A stretch of DNA of 64,000 bases from an uncultured Gammaproteobacteria bacterium (GTDB lineage: Bacteria > Patescibacteriota > Microgenomatia > Levybacterales > UBA12049). Shown piece by piece: positions 52,471 to 61,377 of the stretch. The notes under the pieces were generated by a model, which made no database searches, was not told the origin of the DNA, and saw nothing but the letters and a program-made list of their open reading frames with translations. Position 1 is the stretch's first letter. Each line of letters starts with the position of its first letter. The DNA is taken from assembly GCA_964525395.1 (NCBI GenBank), contig CAZGGU010000002.1, forward strand, positions 30,263-94,262, read 5' to 3'. The position numbers were made by a program, and so were the translations under genes.

Positions 52471-54867
52471 ATGAAACTTGACGGTGTACGAGAAAAAGTA
52501 TTTTTAGACAGATATTCTTTAAAAGATAAAGAAGGTAATGCCTTAGAAAAAACTCCAGATGAAATGTGGAGAAGAGTGGCTAAGGGTATTGCAAAACAGG
52601 AAAAAAAAGCTAATCAGAAAGTTTGGGAAAAGAAATTTTTCGATGTCATGGATGACTTCAAATTCGTTCCAGGAGGAAGAATTCTCTCAGGTGCTGGCAC
52701 AGAGTTCCAGGTAACTTACTTTAACTGCTTCGTGATTCCATCCCCAAAAGACTCTCGTGAAGGAATAATTGACTCCCTCAAACAGCTTGTTGAGATTCAA
52801 TCTCGCTCAGGCGGGGTCGGATTGAACTTGTCATCTCTTAGGCCACGTGGAGCTAGAGTTAAAAAGGTTAATGGTTTTTCTTCAGGTCCTGTAACTTGGG
52901 CTGGACTCTTTTCATATGCAACTCATGATGTGGTTCAGCAGGGCGGAAGTAGAAGAGGGGCAACAATGCTTATGCTTCATGATTGGCATCCTGACGTTGA
53001 AGAATTTATTACTGTTAAAGAAGATTTGAGCAAGATTAACGGCGCCAATCTTTCAGTTTGCGTATCAGACGCATTTATGGAAGCAGTTAAAGCTGATGCA
53101 GACTGGAATTTGGAATATCCAGATCTTGATGACCCGCACTATGATAAGGATTGGGATGGAGATCTTATTGGATGGAAAAAAGCAGGAAGAAAAACTAAAG
53201 TTTATAAAACAGTTAAAGCTAAAGAGCTTTGGGATCTTATCTGTACTGCAGCTTGGAGATCAGCTGAGCCAGGTCTTCATTTCTTAGAAAGATCAAATAA
53301 AAGAAGTAACACATGGTATTTTGAAAAGCTTATCGCGACTAATCCTTGCGGAGAGCAGCCACTTGGAGCATGGGCGGTTTGTAACTTAGGTGCTATGAAT
53401 TTAGCAGCTTACGTTAAAAATGAGAAGTTTGATTATGATAATTTCGCAAAAGACGTAAAAGTTGCCATGAGATTCTTAGATAACGTAATTGATGATACTT
53501 ATTATTTCTTCAAAGAAAATGAAGAGGTAGCTAAGGACATAAGACGCACTGGTCTTGGAATTCTAGGGCTAGCTGATGCACTTATTAAGATGAAATTAAG
53601 ATACGGTGCACCTGAATCAGAGGAGACAATAAAAAAAATCTTTGAGACTCTTAGAAACAGCGCATATGATGCTTCAGCAGATATTGCGAAAGAAAAAGGC
53701 GCATTCCCTAAGTTTAAGAAAGAGAAATATTTGAAAGGCTATCACATTGAGAGACTTCCTAAGGAAATTAGAGCAAAGATTGCTAAGAATGGAATCAGAA
53801 ATGCAGTACTTTTGACAATCGCTCCAACAGGAACAACATCGCTTATATCAGGTGTTTCTTCTGGAGTAGAGCCAGTTTATGAGTTTGAATTTATCCGCCG
53901 AGATAGACTTGGAGAGCACAAGATGTTCCATCCATTGTTCGAAGAGTGGCAGAAAGAAAATCCAGGAGCAGAAAAGCCACACTATTTCGCTTCTGCTAAT
54001 GATTTAACTCCAGAAGAGCATGTAAAGGTTCAAGCAATTGCTCAGGAATATATCGATTCTTCTATTTCTAAGACCGTTAATGCGCCTAATGCTCACACAG
54101 TTGAAGATGTAAAAAATCTTTATATGATGGCATATGACCAAGGCCTCAAGGGCGTTACTTATATGAGAGACGGGTCTCGTGAAGGAGTGCTTTCAAGAGT
54201 GGAAGAAAAGAAGTCTGAGACAGTAGTTGTTCCTCAAGTTCATGCTCCTGCAGAATATGTACGTGCGCCTCGCCCAATGATGGTAGAAGGTGTTACATAT
54301 AAAACTCAAACCCCAGTAGGAGACACTTATATTACGCTTAATCATGATCAGAATGGCGAGCCGTTTGAAGTATTTATTACGATTGGAAAACCAGGTACAG
54401 ACATCGCAGCTATGGCAGATGCTCTCGGCAGAATGGTGTCTTTGAATCTTCGTCTCGCAGGCAACCTGCCGCCGCGCGAGCGCATCAGGCAGGTTATTTC
54501 CCAGCTCTCAGGTATTGGGGGGGCAAGAAGTGTAGGATTTGGAGAAAATAGAGTTAGATCTCTTCCTGATGCAATCGCTATAGTTCTGGCTAAGCAGTAT
54601 GCATTTAAAGTAAACGGAGTAGTAGAGGATAAGCTCGCACCTAACACAACTCCAGTAGTTCCCGTCGCTGACGCACCTGCAGCAGCAACAGAATCTGTCC
54701 CTGAAAATATTACTGTACTTCAGCAGCTCCCACTCCAGGAGGGAATTACTATGGCGCCTCATGTTAAAACCAACAACTTCGATATTTGTCCTGAATGCGG
54801 AACTTCAGCTTTCGTATTCGAAGAAGGATGCGGCAAATGTTATGCCTGCGGTCACTCCGAATGCTAA
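52471..54867 (+). CDS. nrdJ: adenosylcobalamin-dependent ribonucleotide reductase (class II, NrdJ)
   Basis: ATNPCGEQPL active-site motif, RNR alpha fold length, C-terminal CPECG...CGKCYACGHSEC zinc ribbon; 4 nt after nrdR. Confidence 0.85.
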   Translation: MKLDGVREKVFLDRYSLKDKEGNALEKTPDEMWRRVAKGIAKQEKKANQKVWEKKFFDVMDDFKFVPGGRILSGAGTEFQVTYFNCFVIPSPKDSREGIIDSLKQLVEIQSRSGGVGLNLSSLRPRGARVKKVNGFSSGPVTWAGLFSYATHDVVQQGGSRRGATMLMLHDWHPDVEEFITVKEDLSKINGANLSVCVSDAFMEAVKADADWNLEYPDLDDPHYDKDWDGDLIGWKKAGRKTKVYKTVKAKELWDLICTAAWRSAEPGLHFLERSNKRSNTWYFEKLIATNPCGEQPLGAWAVCNLGAMNLAAYVKNEKFDYDNFAKDVKVAMRFLDNVIDDTYYFFKENEEVAKDIRRTGLGILGLADALIKMKLRYGAPESEETIKKIFETLRNSAYDASADIAKEKGAFPKFKKEKYLKGYHIERLPKEIRAKIAKNGIRNAVLLTIAPTGTTSLISGVSSGVEPVYEFEFIRRDRLGEHKMFHPLFEEWQKENPGAEKPHYFASANDLTPEEHVKVQAIAQEYIDSSISKTVNAPNAHTVEDVKNLYMMAYDQGLKGVTYMRDGSREGVLSRVEEKKSETVVVPQVHAPAEYVRAPRPMMVEGVTYKTQTPVGDTYITLNHDQNGEPFEVFITIGKPGTDIAAMADALGRMVSLNLRLAGNLPPRERIRQVISQLSGIGGARSVGFGENRVRSLPDAIAIVLAKQYAFKVNGVVEDKLAPNTTPVVPVADAPAAATESVPENITVLQQLPLQEGITMAPHVKTNNFDICPECGTSAFVFEEGCGKCYACGHSEC

Positions 54868-54904
54868 TTGCCTCTAGCGTTTAGGTTGGATTTCAATTAT
54901 ATTA

Positions 54905-55040
54905 ATCATCCAGTAAGGAATTGGGTAAGTGAGGCGTAAATCCTCCGCAGTGCCGCTACCGTAAAGTCGGAAAACCACCTTATGTAGTTCTCGAGCAAGA
55001 TTGTCGTCACACAAACTTCTCGTCTAGAGGAGTTTTTTTT
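54905..55040 (+). ncRNA. candidate cobalamin (B12) riboswitch
   Basis: AGUAAGGAAUUGGGUAAGUGAGGCGUAAAUCCUCCGCAGUGCCGCUACCGUAAAGUCGGAAAACCACC resembles the core AAGGGAA..GGUGAAAAUCC..GCCACUGUAA..B12-box; followed by run of 8 T and AGGAG SD; located between nrdJ and PduO-type ATR. Confidence 0.45.
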
Positions 55041-55081
55041 ATGGATTCGACAAGCTCACCATAATATTGAGTAGGGTCGAA

Positions 55082-55642
55082 ATGATTATGAGCAAAATTT
55101 ATACAAGAACAGGAGATACGGGTCAAACTTCACTTTTTGATGGCAAAAGAGTTCTCAAGTCAGACCCCAAGGTGGAAACTTATGGCACGATTGATGAATT
55201 AAATTCTACGATTGGTTTTGCCTCTACTTTTATTAAAGACAAACTTATCCTTAAAGAACTTGAAGAAATTCAGAATGATCTTTTGGAGGTTGGCTCCTCA
55301 CTTGCTGTTACCGACACGCTACCTTTAGATCAGTTAGAGCCTCGACCCGAGGAATTTGAAAAGCTGATTGATGAGTTAACTGTTAAGATGCCTCTTCTCA
55401 CGCAGTTTATTTTACCTAGTGGGGGAAAGGGTGGAGCAGCACTGCATGTAGCTAGAACTGTGGCTAGAAGAGCTGAAAGAAAGGTGATTGATCTTGCTCA
55501 ATCAGAAGAAGTGGACCCAATACTGATTAAATATCTTAATCGTTTGTCAGATTTACTCTTCACTTTTGCCCGCTACGTAAATTATAAAGAGAAATCCCTC
55601 GGCAAGCTCGGGACAAGAGAAAAAGTTTGGAAGAAAAAATGA
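55082..55642 (+). CDS. ATP:cob(I)alamin adenosyltransferase, PduO type
   Basis: MIMSKIYTRTGDTGQTSLFDGKRVLKSDPKVETYGTIDELNS matches PduO/MMAB N-terminal signature; listed ORF starts at TTG 55067, ATG at 55082 more likely. Confidence 0.75.
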   Translation: MIMSKIYTRTGDTGQTSLFDGKRVLKSDPKVETYGTIDELNSTIGFASTFIKDKLILKELEEIQNDLLEVGSSLAVTDTLPLDQLEPRPEEFEKLIDELTVKMPLLTQFILPSGGKGGAALHVARTVARRAERKVIDLAQSEEVDPILIKYLNRLSDLLFTFARYVNYKEKSLGKLGTREKVWKKK

Positions 55643-56757
55643 TAGAAACACAGGCACGAACATATACTCCAGAATTTGATCAAGAAGCATACGCTAGACT
55701 TTGGGCGTTACCAGTCTCAGAAAGAGTAGTCGAAAGAGAAAAACTAGATAAGTTAACCGGAAAAAACTTGGAAACAATGCTGGCTGAGCGCTTTAATGTT
55801 TTAGTCAGCAAATATAATTACGATATGATTGACGGTCAGCTTTGGGGAGAAGGGATGAATGAGCCGGCAATTGATTCATTTCGCCGAGGAGTTGTGTGGA
55901 GAAGAACTCATGGAAACCCTGATGATTGGCCCAGAGAAAAAGCAGAAATAGTAGGCTTTGAAATAATCGAGCAAATGCTTAGAGAAGAAAAGGATGTACT
56001 CTTAATTTCTCCTCCAGGGGGAAGTTATAAGCACAATTTTTATGATATTTTTAAGTGGAAAGATGGAAAAATTGAGGCTAGACGTTATTCATCTGCGCTA
56101 GAGATTGAGGATTACCAGAAATTGTTAGGAGTTGAACATAGTACTGCTGAAGAGTTTTTGGCAAACCCAATTGATATTTCTCAGACATTTATTTCAGCTG
56201 ATGAAGCACATAAATATTTACATAGAGATCACGAAACAACGAGTCTTGAGGTTTATGAGAATTACATTTTACCAGGAACTAGGGAGGCTATGTATGAAGT
56301 TCTTCAGGCATATTATGATGGAGATGAAGAGAGGCAGGAATTTTGGCTTAATGCATATGTAAATGCAGCAGATGAGATAAATGATTGGGCTCAGAATTTA
56401 ATTGATCAAGAGTTTAATGTCCCTGTGACTCCAATTGAATTTAGTGCATTTGATTATGCGAGACTTGCTAGCCAGGAGGTTAGAGAGGTTTCTACTGGTT
56501 GCGGATTGTCTGGCGGATTTAAATTAGGTGGCGATAGGGGTCCAGCGAATCCTTGGACTGTAAGTGAGTTTGGTAAAAAAGCTGAGGCATGCGGAACTTG
56601 TAATCAGTCGACTGAAGATGATCATTATCATTGTCCGGGTTGTGGCGGTTCATACGAGAGTGAAAGAAGCAAGCCTGCAGGTTCTAGGACCAAAGTCTGC
56701 GCTAAGGAGGTTACAGGGGATGTGGGAGGAATTTGTGGCTTCAAATTCGCTTGTTAA
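55627..56757 (+). CDS. hypothetical protein with C-terminal Cys-rich zinc-ribbon-like cluster
   Basis: CGTCNQSTEDDHYHCPGCGG...VCAKEV...ICGFKFAC; no other recognisable motif. Confidence 0.3.
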   Translation: MEEKMIETQARTYTPEFDQEAYARLWALPVSERVVEREKLDKLTGKNLETMLAERFNVLVSKYNYDMIDGQLWGEGMNEPAIDSFRRGVVWRRTHGNPDDWPREKAEIVGFEIIEQMLREEKDVLLISPPGGSYKHNFYDIFKWKDGKIEARRYSSALEIEDYQKLLGVEHSTAEEFLANPIDISQTFISADEAHKYLHRDHETTSLEVYENYILPGTREAMYEVLQAYYDGDEERQEFWLNAYVNAADEINDWAQNLIDQEFNVPVTPIEFSAFDYARLASQEVREVSTGCGLSGGFKLGGDRGPANPWTVSEFGKKAEACGTCNQSTEDDHYHCPGCGGSYESERSKPAGSRTKVCAKEVTGDVGGICGFKFAC

Positions 56758-56819
56758 CTGTAAAGATTTTGTTATCTTAATTTAAACCTAAATTTCGGCC
56801 ATTGTGGTAATATAGTTGT

Positions 56820-57209
56820 ATGGATCCCAACGCAAAACCAGATCAATTAATTCAGCCTGCAACCGTTCACCAAGGTGGGAGGGTAGAGGCTACGCCTATT
56901 GCCCCAAAACAGCATGTGGAATCATCTCATCCTATGCCAGAAATTCCACAAGTAGTTTCTGATGCGGGAGTCGCTGTGGTTGATACCGCTCCAAAGCTCA
57001 GCCACACCATGTTTAATCAAAACCCAGAGCCTAAAGTTGAATTGCCTCAAAATCAATCGCCAGCTTGGCTTGAGCAGCAGATTAAAGTTGATCTAAAAGC
57101 GCTCGATAATAACACTAATGATTCAAAAAGCTGGCTTGGAAGATTAAGAATTGCATTTCTTGAAAAACTCAGAATGAAAAAACTTGATCCGCATCCGACT
57201 GGAGTATAG
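56820..57209 (+). CDS. hypothetical protein (129 aa)
   Basis: ORF ending 2 nt before the T4CP gene. Confidence 0.3.
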   Translation: MDPNAKPDQLIQPATVHQGGRVEATPIAPKQHVESSHPMPEIPQVVSDAGVAVVDTAPKLSHTMFNQNPEPKVELPQNQSPAWLEQQIKVDLKALDNNTNDSKSWLGRLRIAFLEKLRMKKLDPHPTGV

Positions 57210-57211
57210 TT

Positions 57212-59569
57212 ATGGAAATTAATTTTGCATCATTTATTGTAGCTTTTATGGCTGTGCTTTTGGTCATGACAGGTGCTGGCGCACTAGTGGCTGTACTTGG
57301 TTATTATTCTTTTATCGCATATAAATTCCGCAATCGTAAAAAAGAAGCTCTCAAGAGAACACTTTTGCAAGTTGCACTTCCTAGGGACAATGAAGTAAAA
57401 ATTGATGCAGCAGAGCAGTTATTTGCTTCCTTTGGCTCTGTTTATAAAGGTGGTCGAACAGCCTTTCTTAAACCTCAGCCTATTTTTTCTTTTGAAATCG
57501 TAGGAATGCCAGGGGATATTCGGTTTTATGTTTCTGCTCCAAATAAATATCGAGATTTTGTGGAAAAACAGATAAACGGTGCCTATCCCGAGGCTGAAAT
57601 TGAAGAGGTTTCTGAACACCATTCGCCTAAGGAGGGATATGTAATTGGAAATGACTATAATATTTTCTCTGAAACTGGAAAAGTAGCTTTTACCTCACTT
57701 CATCTTAAAAAGCATAGTTATGAGCCTATTAAAACTTATAAAGATTATCCCGTGGACCCACTCTCTTCAATTACTTCTACTTTAGCGAAGATGACAGAAG
57801 GAGAGGGCGCAGCAATTCAGATTTGTATTTCGCCTGCTGATCCTAAATGGAAGAAAATTGGTAAAGCCTGGTTATCTAATACTAAGAAACATGAATCAAA
57901 TCCTGAAACTGCTAAATATTCACATGATGCGAAAGAGCTTGAGGGGGTGGAGACAAAGATCGGTAAACCAGGATTCGATTCGATCATTCGCATAGTAGTT
58001 TCATCTTCAACGCATGATTCAGCCGAAGCGCATCTTTCTAATATTAAAAACGCATTTAGCCAGTATTCGGGTGCTAATTCTTTTAGTAGTTCAAAACATC
58101 ATAACAAAGAATTTATGGATGAATTTATTTACCGTTATATGCCTAAGCATGGGCATATATCGATTCTTAATAATGAAGAGCTAGCTACTCTTTTTCATTT
58201 CCCAAATAAAGGCGTAGCAACACCTCATATTTTTTGGGTTGCTTCAAAGCGTGCTCCAGTGGCAGCCAATGTGCCTACATCAGGATTGTATCTAGGAAAA
58301 AGTTCATATCGTGGTTTGTCTCGAGACGTTTATATCGGAGACGATGATAGAAGAAGGCATATGTATATAATCGGAAAAACAGGTACAGGAAAAACAGAGT
58401 TTCTTAAGCAGATGATTATGCAGGACATTAAGGGTGGGAAGGGCTTAGCAGTAATCGATCCTCACGGAGATTTAATTGAAGATATTCTTACGATGGTTCC
58501 GCCGGAAAGAAGCGAGGATGTAATTCTTTTCGATCCTTCAGATTTGGCTCGTCCAATGGGACTTAATATGCTTGATGCTCATTCAGAAGAAGAAAAGCAC
58601 TACATAGTGTCTTCTGTGATTGGGCTTATGTACAAGCTCTTTGATCCTAATAAAACAGGTATTATCGGTCCTAGATTTGAGCATGCTGTTCGAAACGCGA
58701 TGCTTACAGTTATGTATAAGCCTGGAGCGACTTTTATTGAAGTTGTGCGTATTTTGACCGATGCGAAGTTCGTTCAAGAATTATTGCCCCTCGTTCAGGA
58801 TCCTATTGTTAAGCGTTATTGGACTGATCAAATTGCTCAAACTTCCGACTTTCATAAATCAGAAGTTCTTGACTATATCGTTTCCAAATTCGGTCGTTTC
58901 GTTACGAATAAAATGATCAGAAATATCATTGGTCAGTCTGATTCAGCTTATGATTTTCGAGACGTAATGGATAATGGCAAAATTTTGCTCGTTAATTTGT
59001 CTAAAGGTAAGATTGGAGAAGAGAACTCTAATTTCTTAGGTTTAATCATTGTTCCTAGAATTTTAGTAGCTGCAATGAGTAGACAGAATATTCCGCAGGA
59101 ACAGCGTCGAGACTTCTTCCTTTATGTGGACGAGTTTCAGAATTTCGCAACACCTGATTTTGCCCAGATTCTTTCTGAGGCACGTAAATATCGTTTAAAC
59201 TTGATCGTAGCGAATCAGTTTATCGGGCAGATGGAAGAAGAAGTTAAGAATGCTATTTTTGGAAATGTAGGCACTTTGGCTTCATTCCGCGTGGGCGTGA
59301 CGGATGCTAATTATCTTCAGCATGAATTCCAGCCAACATTTACTGAGGCAGATCTTATAAATATCGACCGTTTTAACTGTTATATGAGAACACTAGTTAA
59401 TGGAGAACCTATCTTGCCATTCTCACTAGACACTACAAAGGATATCGTGAAAGAAAAAGCTATGATGAATCCTAGAGTCGCAGAGCTAATTAAGCAATTA
59501 TCACGACTTAAATATGGGAAAGATGTGAATACAATTGAGCAGGTTATAGGGGAACGCGCAAGGCTTTAA
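57212..59569 (+). CDS. virD4: type IV coupling protein (VirD4/TraG/TcpA-like ATPase)
   Basis: N-terminal TM; Walker A IIGKTGTGKTEFL, Walker B LYVDEFQNF, ANQFIGQ sensor region; 785 aa. Confidence 0.7.
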   Translation: MEINFASFIVAFMAVLLVMTGAGALVAVLGYYSFIAYKFRNRKKEALKRTLLQVALPRDNEVKIDAAEQLFASFGSVYKGGRTAFLKPQPIFSFEIVGMPGDIRFYVSAPNKYRDFVEKQINGAYPEAEIEEVSEHHSPKEGYVIGNDYNIFSETGKVAFTSLHLKKHSYEPIKTYKDYPVDPLSSITSTLAKMTEGEGAAIQICISPADPKWKKIGKAWLSNTKKHESNPETAKYSHDAKELEGVETKIGKPGFDSIIRIVVSSSTHDSAEAHLSNIKNAFSQYSGANSFSSSKHHNKEFMDEFIYRYMPKHGHISILNNEELATLFHFPNKGVATPHIFWVASKRAPVAANVPTSGLYLGKSSYRGLSRDVYIGDDDRRRHMYIIGKTGTGKTEFLKQMIMQDIKGGKGLAVIDPHGDLIEDILTMVPPERSEDVILFDPSDLARPMGLNMLDAHSEEEKHYIVSSVIGLMYKLFDPNKTGIIGPRFEHAVRNAMLTVMYKPGATFIEVVRILTDAKFVQELLPLVQDPIVKRYWTDQIAQTSDFHKSEVLDYIVSKFGRFVTNKMIRNIIGQSDSAYDFRDVMDNGKILLVNLSKGKIGEENSNFLGLIIVPRILVAAMSRQNIPQEQRRDFFLYVDEFQNFATPDFAQILSEARKYRLNLIVANQFIGQMEEEVKNAIFGNVGTLASFRVGVTDANYLQHEFQPTFTEADLINIDRFNCYMRTLVNGEPILPFSLDTTKDIVKEKAMMNPRVAELIKQLSRLKYGKDVNTIEQVIGERARL

Positions 59570-59610
59570 GCTTCAAAATTAACCTCTTTTGGTTTATAAT
59601 ACACTCAACT

Positions 59611-59658
59611 GCTTCTGTAGCTCAGCCCCGATTAAATCGGGGTCAGCGGTTAGAGCGG
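59611..59658 (+). repeat. partial duplicate of tRNA-Ile 5' half interrupted by an 18-nt perfect hairpin (ccccgattaaatcggggt)
   Basis: gcttctgtagctcag + ccccgattaaatcggggt + cagcggttagagcg repeats nt 1-26 of the downstream tRNA (59668-59693), with cag duplicated at the insertion point. Confidence 0.6.
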
Positions 59659-59667
59659 TTAATAAAA

Positions 59668-59740
59668 GCTTCTGTAGCTCAGCGGTTAGAGCGCTATCCT
59701 TATAAGATAGATGTCCTTGGTTCGATCCCAAGCAGAAGCA
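59668..59740 (+). tRNA. tRNA-Ile (anticodon UAU as encoded)
   Basis: GCTTCTG-TA-GCTC-AGCGGTTA-GAGC-G-CTATC-CTTATAA-GATAG-ATGTC-CTTGG-TTCGATC-CCAAG-CAGAAGC-A. Confidence 0.75.
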
Positions 59741-59814
59741 CTTCGATAAACTCAGCGTAAATACTTCTTGCTCTTCAATAGGGGTGACACTTTCAAATAT
59801 TGCATAGGGTTTGA

Positions 59815-60024
59815 CTAAATTAGGAATTTCCATTCCACCAGGAGCATGTTTAATGGTTGGAGGTGTGTATAGGCGGAATAAGGATGATCCCCGAAATTAG
59901 GAGATTCGTATCTCTGAATCTGAATCACTCTTTGACCGTCTTCAACAATCTCCACTACTTTATCAGTAGCTTGATATGGATTTTCAATAAAAAATAATAC
60001 TTCTTTGGCGAGCTCTGTGCTCAC
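59815..60024 (-). CDS. small hypothetical protein (69 aa) between tRNA-Ile and recombinase
   Basis: ORF only; the overlapping 59594..59833 ORF covers the tRNA and is judged spurious. Confidence 0.2.
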   Translation of the reverse strand: MSTELAKEVLFFIENPYQATDKVVEIVEDGQRVIQIQRYESPNFGDHPYSAYTHLQPLNMLLVEWKFLI

Positions 60025-60059
60025 GAGGGAATTTAAGAAAAGTCAACAAAGCAATAGCT

Positions 60060-60920
60060 TTATAATTCTGTGAGGATTTGATTTTCAGGTGCTCTGTCTG
60101 GAACGAATTCTAGGTATCTCTCAGTGGTGGAGATTCTTTTATGTCCAAGGTTCTTAGAAAGTAAAACGATAGATGCGCCATGTTTAAGGTGATGGGCTAC
60201 ATATGTGTGTCTTAAGTCATTAACCTTCGCATTTTTAATCTCAGCGAGCCTGAAGTATCTTTCAACACTAGTTCTAATATTTCTAATTAGGAATGGTTTT
60301 CCTGATTTAGTGATAAACAAATGATCCTCTTCTACTTGTGGGCGAACATCTAGGTATTTTTTAAGTGCTTCTTGAGCCCTTTTGTTTAATGGTACAGTTC
60401 TTTCCTCGTGTTTTTCCATAGCCGGAATGTGGAGGGAATCTTTTTGAATATCTGATAATTTAAGTGCAGTAAGTTCTCCGATTCTGATTCCAGTTTGGAG
60501 TAAAAGTTCGATAATAGCTGACATTCTGGCGTCATTTCTTGCAGCATCTCTTAAAGCTCTATACTCTGTAGGAGTAAGGATTCTGGGAGGTGCGAGCTGA
60601 TATTTAGGGTGAGCTACGAGTAGGGAGGGATCATCTGTAACATATTCGTTAACTTTAAGGAATCTATAGAAAGTTCTAGTAGAGTTAATCTTTCTTGAAA
60701 CCGACTTAGGAGTATAGCCTTCTTCGTTCATTTTTCCAAGAAAAGCTTCGAGGTCAGCCTGAGAAACTTCATGAACATTTTGCTTTTCGAGGCTGTTCAA
60801 AAAGTCTACTAGCTGCTCGATATCTTTACCGTATGCTACAATTGTTGAGGTAGAATGACCCTTGGATTTAAGAAATTCTTTGAACTCCGCACTGGCATCT
60901 ACCAACTGAATCTGATTCAT
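60060..60920 (-). CDS. tyrosine site-specific recombinase (XerC/XerD family / integrase)
   Basis: Catalytic-domain motifs ..RIGELTALK.., HTYVAHHL.., LGHKRISTTERYLEF (R..H..R..Y). Confidence 0.7.
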   Translation of the reverse strand: MNQIQLVDASAEFKEFLKSKGHSTSTIVAYGKDIEQLVDFLNSLEKQNVHEVSQADLEAFLGKMNEEGYTPKSVSRKINSTRTFYRFLKVNEYVTDDPSLLVAHPKYQLAPPRILTPTEYRALRDAARNDARMSAIIELLLQTGIRIGELTALKLSDIQKDSLHIPAMEKHEERTVPLNKRAQEALKKYLDVRPQVEEDHLFITKSGKPFLIRNIRTSVERYFRLAEIKNAKVNDLRHTYVAHHLKHGASIVLLSKNLGHKRISTTERYLEFVPDRAPENQILTEL

Positions 60921-60921
60921 A

Positions 60922-61302
60922 ATGGCCTATAATATCACAAAATCGAACCAAGCGTCAACAGCTAAAACGATTTTATTTGTTATTGCAGTAATAATTAGCC
61001 TCATAATAATTAATATTTTAGTGCGTTCAATTTATGATACTTGGCGAAAAAAAGACTTAGTTGTTAAAGCCAAAACTAATTTAGCCCAGCAAAAAGAAGA
61101 AAATAGGAGGTTAAAAATGCAACTTTCTATGGTAAATGACCCAAATTTTGTCGAAAGAGAAGCTCGGGATAAGCTTTTCTTGGTAAAGCCTGGGGAGTCA
61201 AGCGTAATCGTGCCTCAGGATTTGGTAGATAAAAAAGAGAATAAAGAAATTATAATCGTGCCTAATTATCTACAGTGGATTAATTTGATATTGGGAAGAT
61301 AG
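60922..61302 (+). CDS. septum formation initiator family protein (FtsB/DivIC-like)
   Basis: Single TM + coiled-coil (RRLKMQL) + EREARDKLFLVKPGE motif. Confidence 0.6.
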   Translation: MAYNITKSNQASTAKTILFVIAVIISLIIINILVRSIYDTWRKKDLVVKAKTNLAQQKEENRRLKMQLSMVNDPNFVEREARDKLFLVKPGESSVIVPQDLVDKKENKEIIIVPNYLQWINLILGR

Positions 61303-61377
61303 TTGGTGGCGAGGTTTTCGTGCTTGAAGGCACATATGGAAGCTTACGCCTCTTATTTCTCGCCACCGTTTGCGAAG

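Noticed and set aside
59594-59833. 79-aa minus-strand ORF
   Set aside because: It covers the tRNA-Ile gene and its partial duplicate. Reading through a structured RNA gene is implausible for a CDS.
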